A stretch of 36,198 bases of DNA from Perkinsus olseni. Taxonomy: Eukaryota. A program made the position numbers and the translations under genes. The stretch lies in assembly GCA_013115125.1 (NCBI GenBank), contig JABANN010000351.1, positions 1 to 36,198 on the forward strand, given 5' to 3'. Below the pieces are notes generated by a model. That model was not told the DNA's origin. It made no database searches and was given only the letters and a program-made list of their open reading frames with translations. Shown piece after piece: positions 1 to 10,137 of this stretch (the stretch's first letter is position 1; every line of letters starts with the position of its first letter).

Positions 1-458
1 CGAGCGTCGGCCTGCCCACCATCGCGTACATGGAGACAATGGCACAAGCTGTCTTTTGTTTGTGTCCCCAGGGAATCAGCAGCTACACGGCGCGGCTTTT
101 CGAGGCCTTCTTCGCGGGCTGCATTCCAGTCATCCTGAGCAACGACTACACACCACCTACATATGGTGGTTCGGTGCCATGGCAGAAGTTGTCTATCAAA
201 TGGGAGACATCAGATCTGATCGGCCTCCGTGATTACCTACGGATGCTCTTAGCCGACTACAAGCACGTTGTGAAAGACATGCAGAGACAAGTTAAAAGAT
301 ACTCATGCTGGTTTGATTGGTTTGTCATGAACCGAGTAGTCGGATCTCGCGATCGGGCGTGTTCCCCATACGCGGGGGTTCTCAAGCAGCTAAGTGCAGT
401 TAAGGACGGCCATACTAGCAACACAGAGACTTTGCCGAAGTTTTGGTGGCCTGTGTGA
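1..458 (+). CDS. Exostosin-family (GT47) glycosyltransferase, C-terminal part (5' truncated by the window edge)
   Basis: The frame is open from the left edge and contains YMETMAQAVFCLCPQG...TARLFEAFFAGCIPVILSNDY, matching the GT47 motif (FCL.P.G...s.Rl.ea...GCIPVil). Stop at 456-458. Confidence 0.85.
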   Translation, partial: SVGLPTIAYMETMAQAVFCLCPQGISSYTARLFEAFFAGCIPVILSNDYTPPTYGGSVPWQKLSIKWETSDLIGLRDYLRMLLADYKHVVKDMQRQVKRYSCWFDWFVMNRVVGSRDRACSPYAGVLKQLSAVKDGHTSNTETLPKFWWPV

Positions 459-928
459 TTATTCGACATAGCAAGCCGGCCGTCGAACAGCGGGTAGGTT
501 ACCGTTTTAAAATGTCCCCCTGCTCTTTTGAGCGAAGTTCAGTATGATGCATGAAAGTAATTTACCGGCGTGTACCATTGACGATGAATAATGCCTTCTG
601 TTGAAGTGTTCGTGATGAATGCGGATCTGTGGCTACGCAAAACGTACACTGCAGTACTGCTCATACTCAGAATGATCAGTATATAGTCTTCGCTAGGGCT
701 GTCCGTAGCGGAACCGTCCGTACTTGAAGGCCCTCCTTGCCAGTTGGACGACATCGGCCGAGGGGGACAGCAGCACACAACGCCGCTACTAGCCGCCGCC
801 GACGGGCCCCCCTCCTCTCCCCTACTAGCGTGAGAAGGTTTCTCGCTGGCCGTGAATCCATCCAACGTAGGTGCTTCTTAGATGTTATATTCACGTCGTT
901 CGCTCAGTGCTTGTCTCCCCTCATCTCA

Positions 929-2128
929 ATGGCGTCTATTCCGTGGTTCACCGTCGTGAGCGTCTTCCTGCTGCTCATGACCGGTCCCCTCAACACGATG
1001 CTCACTAAGGTCGTCTTCGAGATCACCTCAGTCGGCTACTACGGCGAGTTGAAGAAGTTTCACAAGCCCTGGTTCACAACGCTGCAGATGTTCCTCGGCA
1101 TGGCCCCGGCTATACTCGTTCATTTCTGTCAAGTTTTCGTCCAGACTCACCGGCGTATGAGTGAGCAGAGACGTGCGCTCCTCGAGAAGCCCGGGTCCGT
1201 GACACAGGCTAACAGCCTCCCCTTCTGGAAGGCCGCCCTCTATGTCGCCTTCCCGGCGTGTCTCGACATGACTGGCACAACCGTGAGCTACGTCGGTCTG
1301 CTGTACAACTCGGCCTCAGTCTTCACCATGATGCGAGGCTCGATTATCGTTTTCTCTGCACTTCTGTCGATTGTCTTTTTGCACAGAAAAATGAACAGAC
1401 AAAACTGGCTTGGCATCGTTCTCTGCGTGGTTGCCGTCACTTTAGTCGGCTATGCTAACCTCATGAGCCACGACGAGAAGTCTAAGACAAACTCGCCGGC
1501 CCTGGTTGTCTTCGGTATGGTCATGATCGTGCTATCGCAAATCATACAGTCCCTGCAGCTGGTCACCGAGGAGAAGTTTATGAAGAACATCAACATCCCT
1601 CCCTTCCTGGTCGTCGGTATGGAAGGCATCTGGGGAACGCTCATCATGATCTTCATCACGCTTCCGATCATCTATTACATTCCCGGCAACGATTCGGGCT
1701 CCCTCGAGAACACGCTAGATTCGGTCGTCCTTTACGAGAACTCCCCCGAAATGCAGCATTTGATGGGTATTTACGTGGCCTCTATTTTCCTCACCAACGT
1801 CTCGGGTGTTCTCGTCACGAAGTATCTTAGTTCAGTCCATCGAACTATGATAAGTGCCATGCAGACTGCCGTCGTCTGGGTAGCAGGTCTCTTCACCTAC
1901 TACTGCATGGATCCGGATATGTCCTTTGCCGAGCCCTGGACTTTCTGGTCGTCCATCCAGCTCGTCGGTTTTATGCTGCTGGTCCTCGGCCAACTAGTCT
2001 ATGCTGAAGTCTTCGAAGTGCCCGGATTCAGCCCTTCCCCCCGAATCCCCGAGGTCATCAACACGGAGAAATTGGCCACACTGAAGTCGCCAATTGCCAT
2101 TCGTGCCATGGTCCCGGATAACCATTGA
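929..2128 (+). CDS. SLC35F6: SLC35F6-like drug/metabolite (nucleotide-sugar) transporter, intronless, paralog 1
   Basis: About 10 hydrophobic segments with family motifs F.KPWF.T..MFLGM, PACLDM.GT, SVF.MMRGSIIVFSA, Q.V.EEKF, VVGMEG.WG. The ATG at 929 is preferred over the TTG at 737. Confidence 0.85.
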   Translation: MASIPWFTVVSVFLLLMTGPLNTMLTKVVFEITSVGYYGELKKFHKPWFTTLQMFLGMAPAILVHFCQVFVQTHRRMSEQRRALLEKPGSVTQANSLPFWKAALYVAFPACLDMTGTTVSYVGLLYNSASVFTMMRGSIIVFSALLSIVFLHRKMNRQNWLGIVLCVVAVTLVGYANLMSHDEKSKTNSPALVVFGMVMIVLSQIIQSLQLVTEEKFMKNINIPPFLVVGMEGIWGTLIMIFITLPIIYYIPGNDSGSLENTLDSVVLYENSPEMQHLMGIYVASIFLTNVSGVLVTKYLSSVHRTMISAMQTAVVWVAGLFTYYCMDPDMSFAEPWTFWSSIQLVGFMLLVLGQLVYAEVFEVPGFSPSPRIPEVINTEKLATLKSPIAIRAMVPDNH

Positions 2129-2395
2129 ATTGAATCACTTTTAACCACGATTAGTTCGAGTTGTGCTATACGCTATTTTTCTCCTTGCCGTCCTCTATAG
2201 TAATGTACATTTCTTCGACGGTCAATATTGTGCTTTCCCGTTTGATGGGTTTGTGGCATTCGACGAGCAGCGATGCTTGTGGAAAGCCCAAGCACGACTT
2301 TAACTCCCCTTGTCACTGACTTGCCATTTTTGCGTTCGAATAGGGCTGGGTCGTGGTCAGAAAAGTTTTTGTGCAGCTTTTTTTGCTCAGTCATC

Positions 2396-3598
2396 ATGTT
2401 CAACGTTTCTACTGCTATTTGGATCTTCTTCGTTCTCGGCTGTGGTCCGCTGAATACCATCATCAGCAAGATCGTCTTCGAGATCCGATCGATCGGTTTG
2501 GAAGGCTTCCCTAAGCCTTTTCACAAGCCATGGTTCATCACCACTGTTATGTTCCTCGGCATGGCGCCTGGTATAATAGTTTACATCGCGAAGATGATTC
2601 GTAACAAGGCCAGACGACACCATGCGAACCGTGAACCACTACTTCAGGTTAAGCCTGCTGCGGAACCCGTACCGATGCCCTTCTGGAAGTCCGCTCTTTA
2701 CTGTGCCTTGCCGGCCTCCTTCGACATGATTGGTACCACTGTGGGCTACATTGGTCTCCTGTACAACTCCCCCTCCGTGTTTATGATGCTCAGAGGCTCC
2801 ATCATCGTTTTCTCGGCTATCCTCTCCGTGGCCTTCCTTCACCGCAAGCTCAGCGCTCAGAACTGGTTCGGCGTGATTGTGTGCGCTACGGCAGTGACTC
2901 TGATTGGCGTTTCCAATCTGTGCGCCCAAGATGCTAAGGCGGTGGCTGATGAGCCGCAAGTGACCTCAGTTGGTCTCATGGGTTTCGGCATGCTCATGAT
3001 CCTACTGTCGCAGTTCATACAGGCCTTGCAGGTCGTCACAGAAGAGAAGTTCATGAAGGATATGACAATCGATCCCTACTGTGTGGTCGGCATGGAAGGC
3101 ATCTGGGGCACCATCTATATGGTCTGTATCGTTCTGCCCATCCTCTACGCTATACACGGTGATGATGCTGGCTCCTCCGAGAACACACTCGATTCGCTCA
3201 TGCTGTTGCACCACTCAAAGAAGATGCAAACCTTCCTAGCGGTCTACTTAGTTTCAATCTTCTTCACCAACTGTGCTGCTGTCATCGTTACTAAGATTCT
3301 CAGCGCCATTCACGTGACTATGTTTAACGCCATGCAACCCGCTATTGTTTGGTTTATAGGTCTCTTCACCTACTACTTCGTCACCCCCACCGCCTCCTTC
3401 GCTGAGCAATGGACAGCCTGGTCGTGGTTACAGCTGGGAGGGTTCTTGTTCCTCGTGTACGGTCAATTGGTCTACGCCGATATCCTCCACGTTCCGGGTT
3501 TCAAACGCCCAATCGTTCAATCCGTTCCCTTCGCAACTCCTACCTCGGTCACCGCCTTGGTCCCTAGCGTCGGTGCTACGAAGAAGAATAACGCGTAG
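2396..3598 (+). CDS. SLC35F6: SLC35F6-like transporter, intronless, tandem paralog 2
   Basis: Colinear with paralog 1 (FHKPWF, MFLGMAP, RGSIIVFSA, TEEKFMK, VVGMEGIWGT, ENTLDS). ATG at 2396. Confidence 0.85.
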   Translation: MFNVSTAIWIFFVLGCGPLNTIISKIVFEIRSIGLEGFPKPFHKPWFITTVMFLGMAPGIIVYIAKMIRNKARRHHANREPLLQVKPAAEPVPMPFWKSALYCALPASFDMIGTTVGYIGLLYNSPSVFMMLRGSIIVFSAILSVAFLHRKLSAQNWFGVIVCATAVTLIGVSNLCAQDAKAVADEPQVTSVGLMGFGMLMILLSQFIQALQVVTEEKFMKDMTIDPYCVVGMEGIWGTIYMVCIVLPILYAIHGDDAGSSENTLDSLMLLHHSKKMQTFLAVYLVSIFFTNCAAVIVTKILSAIHVTMFNAMQPAIVWFIGLFTYYFVTPTASFAEQWTAWSWLQLGGFLFLVYGQLVYADILHVPGFKRPIVQSVPFATPTSVTALVPSVGATKKNNA

Positions 3599-4665
3599 AG
3601 CTGCTGTTCAGAATTGTCTTTACTATAAGATTATTTGGTGTTCATATTTTTCCTGTGCTTACATTAAGAGCGGCCATAGAGCGCTCGCCCTACTGGTTAA
3701 TGGTAATTATTTAACAACCCTTGCGTTGGTAGTTCACTCGCCAACCACCTAGTAACTCAATAAACATTCAATTGGCAAAACAAGATTGAACGGCAGAGCT
3801 CGCTTGGGGCTAGGGGGACAATCGCTGTGCGTGCAAGCCGGGGCAACATCATATACCGAGTTCAGCAACTCCTAGACGTAGACCAGGCAAGATTGAAGTA
3901 CAAGGTGACCCACCTGACACTCCTCCACGTAATAGATCGATCAACAATAATCGAGAGACTGATATTGAGTGACGAGGTCTGGTCGGGCGAGTTAGGCGCT
4001 AGGAACGCTGCATGATACCCTACACGAACCTGGCGTAGTGCTAAGTAGCTAGATCACTGCCCCGTGACGCCGTCGTCCGTTAAGCTTGTTCTTCGTAGCT
4101 GTACTTCAGGATTGGCTCAGACTCTTTGGTCTCAGACTATCCGGGCTCCGTCGTGCTTATCCGTTATAGTGATGAAATTAGTTCGGTGAGCGTGCTGGCC
4201 CGATTCGCTCACCTTCGGGCATCTGGTAGTTTTACAGTATAAACTGCATGTTGGACGCGCAATCCTCAACTGCCCCCCCCTAGGGCAGTCCGATTGTCGC
4301 GTATTAGGTCGACTTGATGAATTCAGTTGACGAGTTTCGGGCGGGAAGCTACGACCGGGACGGCGTTCGCAAGGACTGCCAGCTTGAACGGCGTTGTGAA
4401 TTGAGCGTGGCAAGAGCTTTGAGTGGACGTAGCGGGGTTGCAGCGGGGACGCTATGGCGCGTCAATGGCTACATGCAACGGTTCTTATCTATCCTGTATG
4501 CCAGGTTTGGGTTACCTAGTAGTGAGCTCTTGCCAGGCTAGGACGTCACTTCCTTAGGCCAGTCAGCGTTCTCTCCGGGAGGGAGATGAGATAATGCTTG
4601 ATTGTTAGTTCCAGATGTTAGTCCATACTTCACTCGATTAGCTCCTTTGTAAACTCTTTTCCACA

Positions 4666-5524
4666 ATGATCAACTTCATCCCGAGTTGGCTGTTCGTCAC
4701 TTTACCTACGGTTATCCACGCTACTCCGGTCGTCGGCTGGTTTATTCACTATGCGAAAGATTACCATATGTACTTTACCGTGGACGAGAAGCAGAAAGCC
4801 CATACCTTTGTCTTCAACGCTTACACTAGGCGAGGCCCGAGTATTACTCCAAAATTCCGCTATGCCGTGAACCGTAAGCACTGACGTATTAGATGAAGAA
4901 CTACCTGTAACTAGGGTGACGGACAATGTCTACTCGATCGGTTTCTCCCCGGATGTTCTCCGCAAGTGGTACACCAACATCGCAGATAGCCTGTATATTA
5001 CTGGCCACGTCGACTCCAAAGATGGGTTCCCCCCTGCCGGTATTCAGCCTGGGGACTTGGTCACTATCACTCAAACATCGGGTGATACTTATACCACCAA
5101 CTTCCGGGGGGAGACGATCAAATTAATGAGGAGATCAAGTGACCTTGAATATCTGAATCCAGGTTTATTCGAGTACGAAGAGCCCGTGGCCCCCCACCTC
5201 AAGCTGTCTGTCTATGTACGTTATGATGAAACCCGTCGTGGTGTAGTTCGAGGGTCTGTGGGTATACTGGTTTCGTGTGATGGGAGGCCTACGAGTCGCT
5301 TCCACTTCAAACTGGTACCCTATGAGAACGGCAAGCCGTATGAGCGCTACAATGTCGAGTCGGCTGGTAGAGGTACCTTCGATCAGTTCATACGAATGGT
5401 GAGGTACGTCTGCCCAACCAAACACTTGAAGCCCGTCGACTTCACGAATGTCGTCATTGCCTCCGACCGTAGGATCTACGTGCCATTCGAAGTGGGCCGT
5501 ATGGCTCTGACCAGAGTCAAGTAG
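4666..5524 (+). CDS. Lineage-specific secreted protein split into two frames (frameshifted pseudogene or very short intron)
   Basis: ORF 4666-4884 starts with a signal-peptide-like MINFIPSWLFVTLPTVIHA. A protein-like frame continues in +1 from about 4871 to 5524. Confidence 0.55.
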
Positions 5525-7769
5525 TTCGTTTCGACCCGACATCCCCGCAGTCAGCATTGCAGAATATCCGATCTTATGGATCTTTCTTATCACTTCTTTT
5601 CTTCTTTGAGGCACCTCACTCGCACGAAGTCCTGTGTGAGATTTTTCCGTTGGAGAGAAGCTACTTCTCGCTTTTGTGCGTCCGTGAGAATCTTCATGTA
5701 CTCTTCCTAGGTAGTCCTATTAGGTAGTCTTATTGTGATACGATGCTCATGACCATCACGAGGCTTCATGCCCAGCTGATCACTGAGAGGTTTCACCTAT
5801 TCTCAGATTGTTTTTATATCGAGGGCTACTGATTCTCCCTTCTCACTGTCAAGCATCGCTCGTTCACGGGTAACGTGTGATACTTGACAGAGGTGGTCAG
5901 TTTTTGGTCGTATTCCGTCGCTGTGGCTTCCGAGCTTCTTCGAAGTCTGTGGTGATGAATACCACTTGAGGAGGCGAACCTAGTGTTGGGTTGTTACAGT
6001 GTGTTGTTACAGTGAGAATGATCACTCAGCCAGCTTCGGGAAGTTCCCGCCCGTGACCAACGAATGAGGTCAGTAATGCTTGATAGATTTCGATTCCGAG
6101 TACCCCCGGCGGGGAGAATCTCAGGTTGAGATGAATCTCAACTGCCTGAAATCATGGACCATTTTCAGTCGGGACCGAAATCAAGATACATCAACAGCGC
6201 GAAACGCTTTCGTCGATTACCCGAGTTGGTCACTGACCGAATTTATGCTTTACGAGTTGGGATACACCCAGTTCAATAGCCATCTCTACCACAATTGAAC
6301 GCTACAAGAAATATCGCAAAATCCAAGATCAAACGGCGATGTCTGGTTGAGTCTGGAATCGGGAGCATTCGGTACCCATTTTGGAAGAATTACAGCTGGC
6401 CATGGAGGTCGCAAGCTGATCGGAGACATTGCGCGTCACCGCGTCGCCGCGGCCGTCTGGGCGATGAGCTGTGAACAAAGACCTCCTGTGGGGGCTATAC
6501 GTTGGGTTTTTCAACATCAGCCACGGAGCTCGCTCTTCCTCCAAACACAGCCTCGCTGCTACCCGGTTGCACAGGGGTTTGACGCTCAAACTTAGAGCGA
6601 AGCAACGCTGCACACGACGTGCACGCTCCACGCTAGGAAGACAATTCTAGAGCTTGCGAACGCCCGTCAAGTACCATACCGATCGGCTCTCTGCGCTGTC
6701 TTCGGTGGTTGCTGGTCGCTCTTCTGATGTCCAACCCGCGAACCTTCGATCAGTTCTCCCCCATAGATACCCAATCGTAGATGTGGTTGCATGAGCATAC
6801 TGCTCCGCAAAGCCTACCTTAGCTTACTAAGCTAGGAATCACATTATTGCTTAGCTTCTCTCTGGTCCAATTTAACCTTTCTTTGAGCACCGTCTCAAAT
6901 AGCCACACTGCAGTGCAGTGACTGCACTGAGGTATAGTGCAAGCTGTTCAGTTGTCTCTTCCCCTGATGGCTTTTGGGATTACTCAGCGGCCCTACTCTC
7001 TTGGTGATGAATTTCGTCGCACGTAGTGTTTGGTTGTTAGAGTGAGAATTACCACTCAGCCGTGCGAACACAGGAACCTACGAATAAGATCAACAATGCC
7101 TGGTACCATCGGAATCTATCGAGCCCCCATCGGCCAGCGGGGGTCAGTGGAGGCCACAGCATCATACCAATTTGGTACGCTGTGGTTTCCACTGACCCCT
7201 GACAGCTCAGGAGTGTAAATGTATCCGAGAAGGTTTAGGTGATCTTCTCTCACAGAGGAACTTGATACTCTAGCTGAGGAACGAGAGCAATCTCAGGCTC
7301 AAGCTACCCCCGACTCATCAGCTTCTCGAGAAGTTTAAAATTACGGGTCACGAGGATCGATCCGCAGACCTACTGCTGATCAACACGATTTACTAACCGG
7401 CCCACCACATATCACGATGACGAGGTGACTTCCTCTTTTCCCACTGACTTCTACACCATTGCAGCAACACAAGCCGTACCAGAGTTTGTGTTTAATGGGT
7501 TCAAGGCTAATTCGTGACGAAACTCTCAGACTTGTGTTCACATTCCAAAACCCATCCACACTAGAATTAAACTCATTAAGAATTCGGTTGGGAAACCAAA
7601 ATGGAACGGCCAGATCGAGCTTGAATCTGAAATCGGCAGCACGTACACCACAGCGCATGATAGCTCAGACGTCGTTATATACCGGGTCTAACAACTGCAT
7701 TACACAGAGAAATCGTCACAGTGCGCAAATGATTATCTTGGCAGTGCCGGGAGATATCTTTCCTCACTC

Positions 7770-9953
7770 TTAGAGGCCTTTATTGTACTGTAGATCGCCG
7801 TGGCCCCGCAGCTCAGGCTCGAGTGAATTCTCCGGTATCACGCCGGTTTGTGGGAAGGCCGCGATGCTTGCTGGGAGGCCCAATCCGAATGAGAGTAGAA
7901 GAACCTGCACGAGTGGTAACGTATGGTCACTGACCATTGGTCAGTGCAATCCGCCAGGCCGTTGCGCCTGGACGATAAGTCCTTCAATACGCATAGCTGT
8001 AGAAAAAACTGAACTCATGACCGCGCGCAGCGAACTCCTGGCGACGCCGGAAAGTTGGAAGATCGAAATTCGACAGAGTTCGAGAGAATGCGATGGTCTC
8101 ACCGTGGTGGATATTGGCAGGGCCAGACTAGGGTAGGCCAGGCAGAGTCTCTGTACCGGAGGCAGCGTCATAAACGCTGGAGACACCCCAAAAACGGGGA
8201 ACTGCAGCAGTACTCGGGATGCCACTACCTGATGATGGGGAGAAAAACTCCGAAGGTGGAATATTTTCCCCAGAGACGTACCTCCTTCAGAGCTTTCTTA
8301 GCAGCCGCCTTGCTAGTGCCGATCTCTTCATTGGTGCCCTTCTTGAAGACTGTAATGCCGGTGTCCAGCTCCGAATGGCGCATGATAAAACAATTGGCGG
8401 ATGATGCCACCTGCGCAACCAGCCCAAATATACGACCATGTTAGAGAGCCTCACTTACCATCGAGGCAGGCAGGCCTACCCACCGCAAGACAACTGTTGC
8501 CTTCGCGGGAGGCAAACGCTTCTTCACAACCTGAACGAAAGATGGTAGGTTCCAGCGAGTCGATAATAATAAGGACCAGGGGACGGGAAAGCATCATACG
8601 TCTTATCAGAGTTAATAAAGACACAGGGGGTTGCCTTACCGTTGATAGACCATAGGCGATGGCTATAGCGCTGGTGACGGCTCCCATGTAGCTCCACGTC
8701 AGAGTTTCATCATCGACAGGAGAAGAAGCGTTTCTGTTGAAGTAGTTAACAAAGGCATTCTGAGATTGGTTAACCCAGTGCCTGAGAAGTACTCGGGTTC
8801 AATCCCGGCATGATGCATTTTCACGACCGACCAAAAAACGATGGCTGGCGTTGACTTGGCCATGACAGCGCCAACACAAACAGGCCCGTTAAAGGGGACG
8901 TAGCCGCTCATCCGAAACGGCTGGGGGATGAGGTCACCTGTGTCGGGATGGATCTGAAGACGGATGGTCATAACAGTGGACGTCCTCAGTGAACCAAGGG
9001 CGAAATTCAGACTCGATTTTGAAGCCACAATTCACGTGTAAGGAGCGATACAAGAATCGAGTCTGAGTTTTACTTAGTTCATTTAACGGGGCTGGTAGCG
9101 AACGTTGGACCAGCGAACGAAATCAACAGCAGATTTGCCGCCGCCGCCGCCCTTAACAAGATCCGATCGAACATATGTGCTACTCGAACATTTGCAATCT
9201 GTCCGGGAAAGATATCTTCCAACTACTCGCGTAATCCGTAGTTCGACCTAAGATTCTCCCACAAGTCCATCGAGCATTTCGTGAGGACCTTTTAAACACT
9301 ACCGCAGATTCCTTCAACTTTCGTGCCTTCCACAGCTCCTCATCGCTCAGCTTGCTCTTCCCATTATAATAATCATGCAGGGCGTTACGGGCCTCGTATA
9401 TCTCCTTCGTACTGAGCGGGAAGACGACGAGTTTACTGTACGGATATCAACTGCTTTCGACCACTCCCTCCTTTCGGCCGATCGACACTCTATTCAAGCA
9501 CGACAGTAGCAAATGGGTAGAACGCAAGTACAAGTGGGAGTTGATCTCTCCCGGAGTAGTTTCGCTTCATCATTTTTTTCACACCAAATAAGTATGAAAT
9601 TGCTTTTGGGTACCACTATTTCGGCCCAGCCGAATCGCCTCCCTTCAATTTGATGTGGAAATGCAGTAATAGTGAATAGCGTTAGTAGTAGCGCTCCAGT
9701 AGTAGTGAACCACTGTGGTACAACCACGACGTCCTTCCGCGCCATACGCGATTAGCGCACCCAACGAGAAAAGATTTCCTGAAGTTTCCCTTGGCCATCA
9801 CCCCCTTCTATATCACCTGTGCAGCAGCGTGGTCGGGTCGCATTGGTCGAGCATCCTCCTGAATCGGCCCCAGTACGTCGACTGGTCATACCGGTCCCCG
9901 GTGAGAGAAAACGGCGGAGTAGATGGCTCAGCCGCGACGCTCGATGATGGCAT
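7770..9953 (-). CDS. SFXN: Sideroflexin (mitochondrial tricarboxylate/serine carrier family), 8 exons, about 323 aa
   Basis: Exons 9953-9817, 9411-9303, 8953-8832, 8781-8640, 8530-8459, 8410-8282, 8228-8103, 7904-7770, all GT-AG and in frame (972 nt). Motifs RYDQSTYWGRF, IHPDTG...FRMS, FWHWVNQSQNAFVNYFNRNAS, GTSK.AAKKA, SR, A.FPQ and the C-terminal YNKGL. Confidence 0.93.
8793..8821 (+). promoter_or_regulatory. B-box/tRNA 3' fragment with oligo-T inside sideroflexin intron 3 (antisense)
   Basis: TCGGGTTCAATCCCGGCATGATGCA-TTTT lies within the 50-nt intron 8782-8831 and resembles a tRNA-Gly 3' end plus Pol III terminator. Confidence 0.55.
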
Positions 9954-10004
9954 GAAAAAACGAACTGCCGCCGCTCTTCCAGATTCCCCGTCCACGTCGA
10001 GATC

Positions 10005-10029
10005 CCGGGTTCAATTCCCGGTTAGGACA
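10005..10029 (+). promoter_or_regulatory. Isolated tRNA T-arm/B-box plus acceptor-like strand
   Basis: CCGGG-TTCAATT-CCCGG is a perfect T-arm, followed by TTAGGAC-A. No 5' half is visible. It lies about 50 nt upstream of the sideroflexin ATG. Confidence 0.55.
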
Positions 10030-10137
10030 AACACAGCAACTCCTACTAACAGATGAAACAGATACACTCTAGTAACCACGCACAGAACTACACGAACGAT
10101 CGAGCACATGAAAATAAGTAGAGAGAGACAATAAGAA

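Noticed and set aside
737-928. N-terminal extensions in the ORF track (also 2273-2395 and 12544-12588)
   Set aside because: Starts at 737 and 12588 are non-ATG. For 2273, paralog alignment places the start at 2396.
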